IMG/VR virus record: IMGVR_UViG_3300044638_005305
Span: 1-63,855 of that record
DNA from: a virus
Taxonomy: Duplodnaviria > Caudoviricetes
DNA: 63,855 nt
Reading direction: 5' to 3' (one strand)
Position 1 is the stretch's first letter. Each line of letters begins with the position of its first letter. The notes under the pieces were generated by a model. It saw only the letters and a list, made by a program, of their open reading frames with translations. It was not told where the DNA came from and did not search any database. Positions 49,282 to 57,689 of the stretch are shown in pieces. Made by a program: the position numbers and the translations under genes.

Positions 49282-49806
49282 ATGAGAACAGCAAGATTAA
49301 AAGTCTTTAAATTCAATGAATTGACAGACGAAGCAAAAAAGACAGCGATTGAAAAACTTAGCACAATTAACGTTGATTATGACTGGTGGGAATTAACCTA
49401 TGAAGACGCGGAGCAAATAGGACTTAAAATAACTTCTTTTGACCTTGACAGAAACAGACAGGCAAAGGGAATGTTTTTAGATAATGGCATTAGTTGCGCA
49501 AAACTAATTTTAGAGAATCATGGCGAAACGTGCGAAACATACAAGACGGCAAAAAGTTTTTTAGCTGAAATAGAGCAAATAGAAACTAATTTTGAAAGTG
49601 TTGATACTTCGGACTTTGACAACATACAAGAAAAGGAGGACGCAATACAGGACGCTGAATCTGATTTTTTAAACTCAATTTTAGAGGACTATTCTATAAT
49701 ACTGCAAAACGAGTGCGAATATTTGCAAAGCGATGAAGCTATAACTGAAACTATTATAGCCAACGACTACGAATTTACACAGGACGGGAAAATATTTAAT
49801 TCATAA
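49282..49806 (+). CDS. Acidic early hypothetical protein
   Basis: FKFNELTDEAKKTAIE...YLQSDEAITETIIANDYEFTQDG. Confidence 0.75.
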   Translation: MRTARLKVFKFNELTDEAKKTAIEKLSTINVDYDWWELTYEDAEQIGLKITSFDLDRNRQAKGMFLDNGISCAKLILENHGETCETYKTAKSFLAEIEQIETNFESVDTSDFDNIQEKEDAIQDAESDFLNSILEDYSIILQNECEYLQSDEAITETIIANDYEFTQDGKIFNS

Positions 49807-49852
49807 CAAAACCGTAAAAAAAACTATTTTCTATAACCTACAAAAAACCAAT

Positions 49853-50125
49853 ATGAAAGATTTATTTTCAACACCGGAGCTTATCCCCTCAGAAATAATG
49901 GCAATTTTAAACACATTCGAAGACGAAACCTATTCAGAATGTGAGCGGGTAAAATTAGAAATTGAGCAACATGGCTACACTTTTGACTATTATTTAGACG
50001 CACAGCCATATAATCTAAGGAAAGCAAAAACTAAAAAGCCCTGTAATATTTCAGACGATTGCGGAGCTTTTAAAGCGGTTGAAGCTGAACTATTAAGCCC
50101 AAATGGAATAAAAATAGGTTGGTAA
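49853..50125 (+). CDS. Early hypothetical protein
   Basis: ORF with A-rich RBS. Confidence 0.65.
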   Translation: MKDLFSTPELIPSEIMAILNTFEDETYSECERVKLEIEQHGYTFDYYLDAQPYNLRKAKTKKPCNISDDCGAFKAVEAELLSPNGIKIGW

Positions 50126-50207
50126 TATGAAAGCCAAAATTTACAAAACTAATTCCGGGTATTAAGATACATAGAATTAAGATATTTAAACCACTTAATA
50201 AACTAAC

Positions 50208-50453
50208 ATGATAAATATAAGCCCAAACCTATTCAACGCGGATATTTTAGAAGTATTCGCGGACGGGGAGCAAATCGGAACTATTAAAATAGTGCGGGAG
50301 CTTGAAGAGTATGAAGCAAAACCAAAGGACGGGCAACCCGTAACGCTTCGCACTTTAAACCTTTGTAAAAACTATTTTCAAAACTTATGCAAGGGACGGG
50401 AGCGGAAAACAGAAACTAATTCAGAACCACAAAACCAATTGAATTTATTTTAA
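50208..50453 (+). CDS. Early hypothetical protein
   Basis: Ends in QLNLF, a beta-clamp-binding-like motif. Confidence 0.65.
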   Translation: MINISPNLFNADILEVFADGEQIGTIKIVRELEEYEAKPKDGQPVTLRTLNLCKNYFQNLCKGRERKTETNSEPQNQLNLF

Positions 50454-50473
50454 AAACTAAAAACCAATAAAAA

Positions 50474-51013
50474 ATGAAAATTTTAAAAAATTGCAGCGTA
50501 ACTAAACTAAAAGAGTATAGCCGCTCATACGGAAATCCTGAAACAGTATCTTTTGCTTATATTTTTGAGCATGATAAAATAATCATTTGCCTTGATGAAA
50601 TAGGCAGAAACATCCGAACATTTAACAAAGGCACAAAAGTATTGATAAGTTACAAAGGGACTGAAATTTCAGAACGCAGCTTTAAAATAGCGACAAATAA
50701 GGCAGTAAAAGCACATGAGGAAAGGAAAGCCCAAGACAAACTAATACAGGAGGCGCAAATGGCAAAAGAAAGCGAAATAAACGCGCTCCAGTTAGCTAAG
50801 TGGGAGGACTTTTTGAAATCCAATACAGAAAAGCTCAATCAATATGCTGAAATAGTAAGGACAAGACCGAGCAATGCAAGCAGGAGCGGAAATTGGAGAA
50901 GAATTTTAAAACTCAAATTTGCTAAAAATTGCAATTCTGAAAGTTTTGAAAATTGCCCATCACCGGCACAATTAAACGAAACTATTTTTAAACTCATAAA
51001 TCAAACAGCATGA
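50474..51013 (+). CDS. Early hypothetical protein
   Basis: ORF with A-rich RBS. Confidence 0.7.
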   Translation: MKILKNCSVTKLKEYSRSYGNPETVSFAYIFEHDKIIICLDEIGRNIRTFNKGTKVLISYKGTEISERSFKIATNKAVKAHEERKAQDKLIQEAQMAKESEINALQLAKWEDFLKSNTEKLNQYAEIVRTRPSNASRSGNWRRILKLKFAKNCNSESFENCPSPAQLNETIFKLINQTA

Positions 51014-51291
51014 AAAAACCATTAAACAAAACAAGCGAAGCAGTAGGAGCAACAACGGAAACTGATGTTATATTCTACTATCATGAAGCAAACGATGATT
51101 TATTTGCCTTCTTTCCTTCTGATAATTACGACAGCAACGGACTAATGAAAACAAGCTATTCACACATTGGACAGCATTCAGGATGCAGCCCGGAATACAC
51201 AACCGAAGCAAGAAAAGCAACGCCAAAGGAATACGCGGAACTAAAAGCGGAACTAATACAGATAGGCTATTCATTAAACATTTTAAACTAA
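51010..51291 (+). CDS. Early hypothetical protein
   Basis: LFAFFP...SYSHIGQH...ATPKEYAELKAELIQIGY. Confidence 0.7.
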   Translation: MKKPLNKTSEAVGATTETDVIFYYHEANDDLFAFFPSDNYDSNGLMKTSYSHIGQHSGCSPEYTTEARKATPKEYAELKAELIQIGYSLNILN

Positions 51292-51295
51292 TATC

Positions 51296-51481
51296 ATGCA
51301 AAACACATACGGAGTATTAATAGACGGAGCGCATATAGACGTTTCAAAAACGGAACGAGGCGCAAAAACTTATGCTACAAAACATGGATACAGCATTGTA
51401 ACAATCCGGTACAATTGCGGATATGTAGCGGAGCAAATAGCGGAAAAGATTAATAACAAGTGGGTAACCATCAAAATCTAA
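51296..51481 (+). CDS. Early hypothetical protein
   Basis: Packed ORF. Confidence 0.6.
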   Translation: MQNTYGVLIDGAHIDVSKTERGAKTYATKHGYSIVTIRYNCGYVAEQIAEKINNKWVTIKI

Positions 51482-51485
51482 TATC

Positions 51486-51641
51486 ATGCACGATTTATTT
51501 GAAAAACCAATAAGACAAAGGAAAGTAAGGAAAAGGGTTTATGCTTATCAGTACAGAAATGGAGTGATAAACATAAACGGAACTAAGTATCTCGAATACT
51601 CAATAACTGATGCTATCAAAGCATGGAGAAAAGCAAACTAA
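51486..51641 (+). CDS. Early hypothetical protein (51 aa, not in track)
   Basis: MHDLFEKPIRQRK...; same TAATATCATG junction as the previous gene. Confidence 0.55.
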   Translation: MHDLFEKPIRQRKVRKRVYAYQYRNGVININGTKYLEYSITDAIKAWRKAN

Positions 51642-51667
51642 TTAATAAACCAATAAAAACTAAAAAC

Positions 51668-51961
51668 ATGGTCAGAGTACACGAAATTCAAAAAGAAGCG
51701 CAAAGCATAATGCCATTTATTGACCTATATGGCAGCGTCCTTCTGTTCACTATTTTAAAGCAATATCCATTTGTAAGCTGGAGGGACAAAACTATTCCAC
51801 AAGAAGGCAGCCCCACAAGACTAACAAAGGATATTGAAATGGAAAAAGCAAAAGCGCTCAATGTCAAAAAACTAATCGCGCACAAGGACGGAAAAACTAC
51901 CATCTTCACAGATAAGGGAGTATATCAATTTTTCGCAGCAGGACAACAAGTAAAAAATTAA
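51668..51961 (+). CDS. Early hypothetical protein
   Basis: ATG after A-rich RBS. Confidence 0.6.
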   Translation: MVRVHEIQKEAQSIMPFIDLYGSVLLFTILKQYPFVSWRDKTIPQEGSPTRLTKDIEMEKAKALNVKKLIAHKDGKTTIFTDKGVYQFFAAGQQVKN

Positions 51962-51981
51962 TCAAAATAAAAACTAACATC

Positions 51982-52164
51982 ATGAAAAATGAACTAAAAA
52001 AAGCAATCATTGACTTCATTTTTGAAAATGAAAAGGAATTTCAACTACCAAACAAAACGATGGAGAAATTTCGCGCCTACATCTATGACAGCTCCGGCAG
52101 CTATTTAATAGGCGGAAACGAAGTAAGAGATTTTATTATTAACGCTATAAAACTAATAAGCTAA
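51982..52164 (+). CDS. Early hypothetical protein
   Basis: Packed ORF. Confidence 0.6.
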   Translation: MKNELKKAIIDFIFENEKEFQLPNKTMEKFRAYIYDSSGSYLIGGNEVRDFIINAIKLIS

Positions 52165-52349
52165 TGGAACAGACATACAGACAACAAGAAAAGGAAATCC
52201 GAGTACTTCTGGGCAGAATCAAACAGAAAACAAGAGGCTTTGTGATGCAAACCAAAGACCCATACTTTGAAGATTTGCAGAAAGTAAAGGCAGATTTGAC
52301 CGAAATAGACGCTTTTTTAAGTGATAAGTACTTGACAAGCAAAAAGTAA
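52164..52349 (+). CDS. Early hypothetical protein
   Basis: TAATG-coupled ORF. Confidence 0.6.
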   Translation: MEQTYRQQEKEIRVLLGRIKQKTRGFVMQTKDPYFEDLQKVKADLTEIDAFLSDKYLTSKK

Positions 52350-52374
52350 TTTTAAACCAATAAACAAAAAAACC

Positions 52375-52686
52375 ATGAAAAACTACATAATACAAGACAG
52401 AGAAGCCGGAAATGAAATTGAATCATTCTCTACCATTCAAGAAGCTCAAAAAACATTGCTTCAATATGAGCAAACCGATAAAAGAGAAGGCAACTACACG
52501 CCCGGCTTCTATGAGATAAAAACCGCTACATTCTCAAATCTAAAATCATTCTACATCGAATTTTTGAATAAAAAGAAAGGCTATTCAAAAGATGTAGCCT
52601 ACTTTGAAACCTATGATAAGGCAATTAGCTGGGGACGCGAATTTTTAGAAAACTTCAATAGTGACATGATAAAGATAAGTTTATGA
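52375..52686 (+). CDS. Early hypothetical protein
   Basis: Packed ORF. Confidence 0.65.
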   Translation: MKNYIIQDREAGNEIESFSTIQEAQKTLLQYEQTDKREGNYTPGFYEIKTATFSNLKSFYIEFLNKKKGYSKDVAYFETYDKAISWGREFLENFNSDMIKISL

Positions 52687-52967
52687 AAGCGCAAATCTAC
52701 AAAACCAATAACGGATATGAAGTGCTAACAAGCGATAGGCGACTATACTTGATTGACACAACGCAAACTAAGTTATTCAAACTGCTTATAGGGCAAGTTG
52801 GCTCATCATGGCAAAGTACTGGAAAACTAATTTACGGAGCGATACCCAACAGAATCAAAACAATATTTTTTCAAATTCAAAAACAAAGCCAAAATGAAAG
52901 CAATACAAGCGGGCACAACAATTGTACCATACGACAAAGTTGTATCTATCCAACTATTAAGCAGTGA
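52683..52967 (+). CDS. Early hypothetical protein
   Basis: ATGA-coupled ORF. Confidence 0.55.
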   Translation: MKAQIYKTNNGYEVLTSDRRLYLIDTTQTKLFKLLIGQVGSSWQSTGKLIYGAIPNRIKTIFFQIQKQSQNESNTSGHNNCTIRQSCIYPTIKQ

Positions 52968-53064
52968 CAAAGATAGCGCAGCGATTTTTTACGACACATT
53001 AGGGATGCTACATAGATGTTCAAACATTGAATACCAAGCGTTTATTAATCGCCTTAAAAACTAA
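52894..53064 (+). CDS. Early hypothetical protein (56 aa, not in track)
   Basis: MKAIQAGTTIVPYDKVV...; fills the gap to the next ATG. Confidence 0.5.
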   Translation: MKAIQAGTTIVPYDKVVSIQLLSSDKDSAAIFYDTLGMLHRCSNIEYQAFINRLKN

Positions 53065-53065
53065 G

Positions 53066-53239
53066 ATGATAACAGAATTTGACATCATTCACATTAAATC
53101 TTTGATACACAAACGGAAAAGCCGTTTAAGGTCGTATATCAATATGTCATCGAGGGCTGATGTAAATAGCGAAATAAACCAATTAGAAACAGACATTCAA
53201 TCCCTTGAAAGGATATTATCGGTAATTCAAAAAAACTAA
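53066..53239 (+). CDS. Coiled-coil hypothetical protein
   Basis: ATG immediately after the previous stop. Confidence 0.55.
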   Translation: MITEFDIIHIKSLIHKRKSRLRSYINMSSRADVNSEINQLETDIQSLERILSVIQKN

Positions 53240-53263
53240 TTTGGTAATTTAAAACGTTCTTTG

Positions 53264-53420
53264 TATTTTTGTTGCAGTTGATTTAACACGAGGTAAGAGT
53301 CGGGGGATGAATCATATCGAAACTAAATTGCACATTTCAATATTTTTCCTTGCCTATCAGGCAGAAAACGTCCCGAAACTCTTACCATAAGCTAAAAACT
53401 TATGCCTTCGGGCGTTTTTT
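53264..53420 (+). promoter_or_regulatory. Promoter plus leader/attenuator-like structure upstream of the integrase
   Basis: TATTTTTG; GGTAAGAGT pairs with ACTCTTACC; alternative AAAACGTCCCGAA/TTCGGGCGTTTT terminator-like stem. Confidence 0.55.
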
Positions 53421-53766
53421 CAATGGTGGTGCTTAAACTTGTTTCGCCCACACAGCTATCCTAAACTGTCAATGAAAGTAGTAAGTTGAGCAGATTAAAC
53501 CTTTTCAGTTGGTAACTTGGCTGAATCGGAAAACATTAAACGGGCAAAGTGTTGGCAATGTATCAAGAGGCGACAACCAACGACAAATGCAAGATGAAAT
53601 AAGCTACCCGTTTACCCCTATGGATGGCGGACGCTGTACTCGGCTATGAAGTTGTAAGGAATCTAATATAGGCAACTGAAATCTATACAAGCTATTAAGA
53701 TAACTTGCATGGATATAAGCCTCTTTATCTAAAAATTAAACTATTCAAACAAAATAAAACTAAATC

Positions 53767-54981
53767 ATGAGCATCAGAATCAAACTAAGAAAGGACGCGC
53801 CAAACAAACAAGGTCAATATCCAATAGTTTTGGTATATCAAAAAGGCAGGAAAGAAACTATTTTCAGCACAGGCAAATACACCAATGCTGAATTTTTTAC
53901 CCAAGATACACAGAATCCGCTTTCCAGTGGGCAAGACTACAAAGCCAATAACATACTTATCAGAAACTTATACTCAAAACTGAATAACATAGCAGATGGC
54001 TATTTTATGGCAAATAACGAGTATCCGAGCAACGAGTGGGTAAAGTTACAATGGAACACTAAAAACGCTCCAAATCAGCCTGTATTTGATTTCTACGATA
54101 GGTTTATGCAATATCAGCAGACGAGGGGAGCAAGTTCGGTAAGTTATGGTACAGCCATAAACTATAAAAACGTAAAAAATAAACTAATCGGATACGAAAG
54201 AAAGTCCGGGCATCCGATAGCCTTTGAATCATTCAATGAATCTTTTGCCAATAAATTCAGCCAATATCTGATTAAGGAACACGACCTATTACCTAATTCA
54301 GTAGGCGAGAAACTAAAAATCGTAAAAACTTTCCTACGTTGGTGCATAAAACAAGGCGTGAGAATCCCATCAGCTAATTTAGAGGCATTTAGGGGCGGAA
54401 ATGATAAAACATGGAAGCTACATCTAACTATTGAAGATTTGAAGGCTCTTGCCCAAACTAATACGCAATACGAAGAAACTAAAGATGGTTTCCTTTTGCA
54501 ATCTTGTCTTGGAGTGAGGTATTCCGACCTGCAAACTATCGTTTCAACTAAAATAATCAAGGAGGGCGAAGACTTCTACTACATAACCAATACTCAAAAA
54601 ACCAATAAGTTGATTAAGGTGAAGTTGATTGACATGGCTAAAGAGATATTGAACAGAAGAAGCGGAAACTGGATACCATCTAATATCCAAATGAATACAG
54701 AATTAAAACTAATTTTTAAATCTATACGAGGATTTGATGAAATGGTAAGTGTATCGCAGGGTAGTGGAAACTTAAAAAGGGAGCATACAAAACCGAAATA
54801 TGAATTTGTATCAACCCATACAGCAAGGATAAGCTATATCAATATCATGAGAAACTTAGGTGTGGATGATTTTACTATTTCAAACATTACCGGGCAAAGC
54901 CTATCTACTTTGAGAGGATATTATCATTCATCAGCCAAAGATACAGATTCAGCTATGAATGCGCTTAATTTAGCTTTTTGA
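53767..54981 (+). CDS. int: Tyrosine recombinase/integrase (Bacteroidota type: arm-binding, SAM-like and catalytic domains)
   Basis: N-terminal YPIVL..STG arm domain; GVRYSD, TQKT, STHTAR, ITGQ..LRGYY. Confidence 0.92.
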   Translation: MSIRIKLRKDAPNKQGQYPIVLVYQKGRKETIFSTGKYTNAEFFTQDTQNPLSSGQDYKANNILIRNLYSKLNNIADGYFMANNEYPSNEWVKLQWNTKNAPNQPVFDFYDRFMQYQQTRGASSVSYGTAINYKNVKNKLIGYERKSGHPIAFESFNESFANKFSQYLIKEHDLLPNSVGEKLKIVKTFLRWCIKQGVRIPSANLEAFRGGNDKTWKLHLTIEDLKALAQTNTQYEETKDGFLLQSCLGVRYSDLQTIVSTKIIKEGEDFYYITNTQKTNKLIKVKLIDMAKEILNRRSGNWIPSNIQMNTELKLIFKSIRGFDEMVSVSQGSGNLKREHTKPKYEFVSTHTARISYINIMRNLGVDDFTISNITGQSLSTLRGYYHSSAKDTDSAMNALNLAF

Positions 54982-54997
54982 ATTGTCTTGGATTCCA

Positions 54998-55099
54998 TGT
55001 TGCTATTTACCGACTTTTGCTTTTTAAATGTTGGCTTTTACCGACATTTGTTTTTATAAGTTATTGATTATCATTGAAACTTCTCTTAGCCAATAGTTA
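54998..55099 (+). other. Composite attI/attP-like cassette docking site B
   Basis: TGTTGC-N6-CCGACT (54998), TGTTGG-N6-CCGACA (55029), IHF consensus on minus strand (55057-55069), core TTCTCTTAGCCAATAG|TTA; starts 17 bp after the int stop. Confidence 0.78.
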
Positions 55100-55348
55100 G
55101 CGGTCATTGCCTTTCGACCTTGACAGCATATCTGTTATTGCTTTACAATTATTATCAAACTCTTCATCGGACATTTCAGCTATTTCTCTACCTATTTTAT
55201 GTATTTCGCTATTCTCGTCATCTAATGGGTCAATAGATGGCAACGAACCGCTAACACTAAATAAAAGCAATAGCTCGCTTAGTGCTTGTTGAACAGGCAT
55301 CGTGCCTTCATCAACCTTTATCAATATATTTTCAATTTGTTCTTTCAT
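55097..55348 (-). CDS. Cassette-encoded hypothetical protein
   Basis: Starts in the attC loop, reads through the arm (LLLLFSVSGSLP), stops on the core TTA. Confidence 0.7.
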   Translation of the reverse strand: MKEQIENILIKVDEGTMPVQQALSELLLLFSVSGSLPSIDPLDDENSEIHKIGREIAEMSDEEFDNNCKAITDMLSRSKGNDR

Positions 55349-55375
55349 ATCGCTACTGCTTTTATTATTTTACCG
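55097..55375 (+). mobile_element. Gene cassette B1 with attC-like hairpin (55249-55381)
   Basis: GTTAGCGGTCATTGCC vs GGCAACGAACCGCTAAC (55239-55255); arms AATAAAAGCAATAGC / GCTACTGCTTTTATT; GTTA at 55375. Confidence 0.8.
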
Positions 55376-55755
55376 TTATAAGCAAACGGTAGCTACTTTG
55401 AAACAGTCTGATTAATTTTCCTTATAGTCATTACTACTTCATTCCATTCATTATTTAATTCAGGGCAAATTTTAGCTATATCTATTCCTTTTAATGCACA
55501 TTCGTTAAATAATGGCGCTAATTCTTTTTCTCTGCTTTCTAATGATTTTAAAGCCCATCCTTTAGTAAACATATCTACTTCGCTTTGCTCATCGTTTAAT
55601 ATTTTAATTGAATATTCTATCCAGTCTTTCATATTTTTATTGTTTTTTAAATTAATTTTTCATAGTAACATTCGTAACCGTCAGCTTATAACAGCACCTA
55701 ATAAACAGGCGGACATCTACTAGGTTTCCACCGCCCGTCTATTAGCTGCAAAACG
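55376..55755 (+). mobile_element. Gene cassette B2 with attC-like hairpin (55686-55761)
   Basis: GTTATAAGCAAACGGT vs ACCGTCAGCTTATAAC (55677-55692); arms CTAATAAACAGGCGG / CCGCCCGTCTATTAG; GCAAAACGTTA at 55755. Confidence 0.82.
55393..55632 (-). CDS. Cassette-encoded hypothetical protein
   Basis: Entirely inside cassette B2. Confidence 0.7.
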   Translation of the reverse strand: MKDWIEYSIKILNDEQSEVDMFTKGWALKSLESREKELAPLFNECALKGIDIAKICPELNNEWNEVVMTIRKINQTVSK

Positions 55756-55771
55756 TTATCTGAATGACTTC

Positions 55772-55832
55772 TCATACCTTATCGGGTATAATTCAAGCTA
55801 ATGAATGATATATCATACCCGTCAGGGTATAA
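55772..55832. repeat. Pair of palindromic boxes TCATACC-N6-GGTATAA
   Basis: 55772-55791 and 55813-55832, 41 bp apart. Confidence 0.7.
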
Positions 55833-55889
55833 ACTGCAGATTTTTATCCAAATACTGAATCCCTATCTTTAAATCTGCTTATCCATAAC

Positions 55890-57689
55890 TCAAAAGCACC
55901 AGTCTGGATAATCTTCATCTTTTTTGTTTTCAATTAGCTTTGCCATAGGGTCACCACTTTCAAATACAAACCTCCTAAATCCTCTATGAAGATTAAAAAT
56001 AGCAATTCCTTTTTTACCTACTACTTTTTGCCGTCTTATTTTTTTAGTGTGAAACTCGCAGACCGTTGAATCTGGATTCTTTTGGTGTTCTGGTCTGTGA
56101 TATACCAATATATTATCCATTTTATTATTCCACATCGCTCCATCCGCAATATCAAATACATCTGGACATGGATAATTGCCAGTTGAATCCTTAACCATCA
56201 TTTTTGGGTGCGCTACAATAAAAAAGTAAATATTGTTTTGTTGAGCAAATCGGCTGCAATCAGCTAAAAAGGTTTCTAAATATTTATCAGAGCGACCTCC
56301 GCTTTTTGCGTATTCATTTGTCATTTGATTAAAAGGGTCAATTATGCATCCGCTAACCTTTTCCTTAATCACTAATTCCAAAAATCTTTCTTTGATGTAT
56401 TCAGGGGTCGGACTTATTTCTTTTGGATATACGTAGAAAAAATGCTTTGATAGTTCGTCATAAATCCGCTCGTATTCGCTTCTGCTAACTCTGTAATTTG
56501 AATCGGGTGTTAATTTCATTCCGCAATATATTTCTACTAAATCATGATAAAATTCATGAGCGGGGTTATCCTCTGGAGAAAACAATGCAAATTTTTCCTT
56601 ATATAGGATAACCCTCATAAGCATATACCACTTCAAAAAAGTTGATTTTCCATAGTTTCCTATTCCAGTCAATAAAGTTATTTCACCTCTTTTTAGCTTA
56701 AAATGACTATCAATATCCTCAACTCCTATTCCATACAATTGTTCATAACCACTGTCATAAATTTTCAAAGCATCAGCCTTCACATCTTCGCCAAAAATTA
56801 CATCTTTAGGTTTTATGTCAGGATTAAAAATATCAGCATCAATTTCTATTTCTTTTCGATTAACCTTTTCAACAAGCACTTCTCTTTCAAATTGAGCCGT
56901 TCCATATTTGGATTTGTTTTGTCGGTATGCAGATTTTACTACTCTTTCTAATTCTGAAAATGGAAAAGAATCACCACCGATTTGAAATTCAAAAGCGCAT
57001 AAAGAAATAGTATCACTTTCGGCTATTCCAAACCTACAACAAGCCCCAGCAAGTTTAAAAAGGAATATATTTCTTTCACCAGTTGCAAATGCGTTCCCTT
57101 TGTTTATTTGCCATTTTAATAACTTTTGGAAACTTTCTGCATAATTACTCCGCTCATAGGTTGTTTGTTGCTCTATTGCCTTAATTTTGCGAAACACGCT
57201 TGGGTTTTCAGCTATGTATATTTCAGGGTCGTAACTTTCATAACACACACGAGATTCATTTATGCCTGAATTGTCTATTTCAGTGAATAATTCTTTTAAT
57301 GCCTGAAAATGCTCACGATGCTTTTTGCCGTCCGCTATTTTTACAAGCGCCTTTAATCCGTTTCCACTTGGTGAAATCCAACAAGCATAAATAAACTCAT
57401 TTGCACACAATAAAGATTTTTCATGATTAACATCATCTAAATTATCAAAGTCTAAACAAATTAGCTTTGAATGATTAATCAGTCCAATATCCGTTCTTTC
57501 TTTAAATTCGCCTGAGAAACAAACACTCGGTAGGTTCTGTTTTAGCTTATTGCTACGCTCTTTGTCAAGTTGCGTTCTAATTTCATCAATCTTTTCTTTT
57601 GACTTACCAATTCTTATTCGCTCCAAAGCCTTTTCAACTGGAATGTAATTTGGTGTTTTGTCAAAAATGTTTTTGTATATAGTTACCAT
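55890..57689 (-). CDS. Primase-helicase (BT4734/VirE-N primase, PriCT, DnaB/Twinkle-like helicase)
   Basis: ICLDFD, ISPSGNGLK, GERN, TGIGNYGKST, IIDPFN, VAHP. Confidence 0.9.
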   Translation of the reverse strand: MVTIYKNIFDKTPNYIPVEKALERIRIGKSKEKIDEIRTQLDKERSNKLKQNLPSVCFSGEFKERTDIGLINHSKLICLDFDNLDDVNHEKSLLCANEFIYACWISPSGNGLKALVKIADGKKHREHFQALKELFTEIDNSGINESRVCYESYDPEIYIAENPSVFRKIKAIEQQTTYERSNYAESFQKLLKWQINKGNAFATGERNIFLFKLAGACCRFGIAESDTISLCAFEFQIGGDSFPFSELERVVKSAYRQNKSKYGTAQFEREVLVEKVNRKEIEIDADIFNPDIKPKDVIFGEDVKADALKIYDSGYEQLYGIGVEDIDSHFKLKRGEITLLTGIGNYGKSTFLKWYMLMRVILYKEKFALFSPEDNPAHEFYHDLVEIYCGMKLTPDSNYRVSRSEYERIYDELSKHFFYVYPKEISPTPEYIKERFLELVIKEKVSGCIIDPFNQMTNEYAKSGGRSDKYLETFLADCSRFAQQNNIYFFIVAHPKMMVKDSTGNYPCPDVFDIADGAMWNNKMDNILVYHRPEHQKNPDSTVCEFHTKKIRRQKVVGKKGIAIFNLHRGFRRFVFESGDPMAKLIENKKDEDYPDWCF

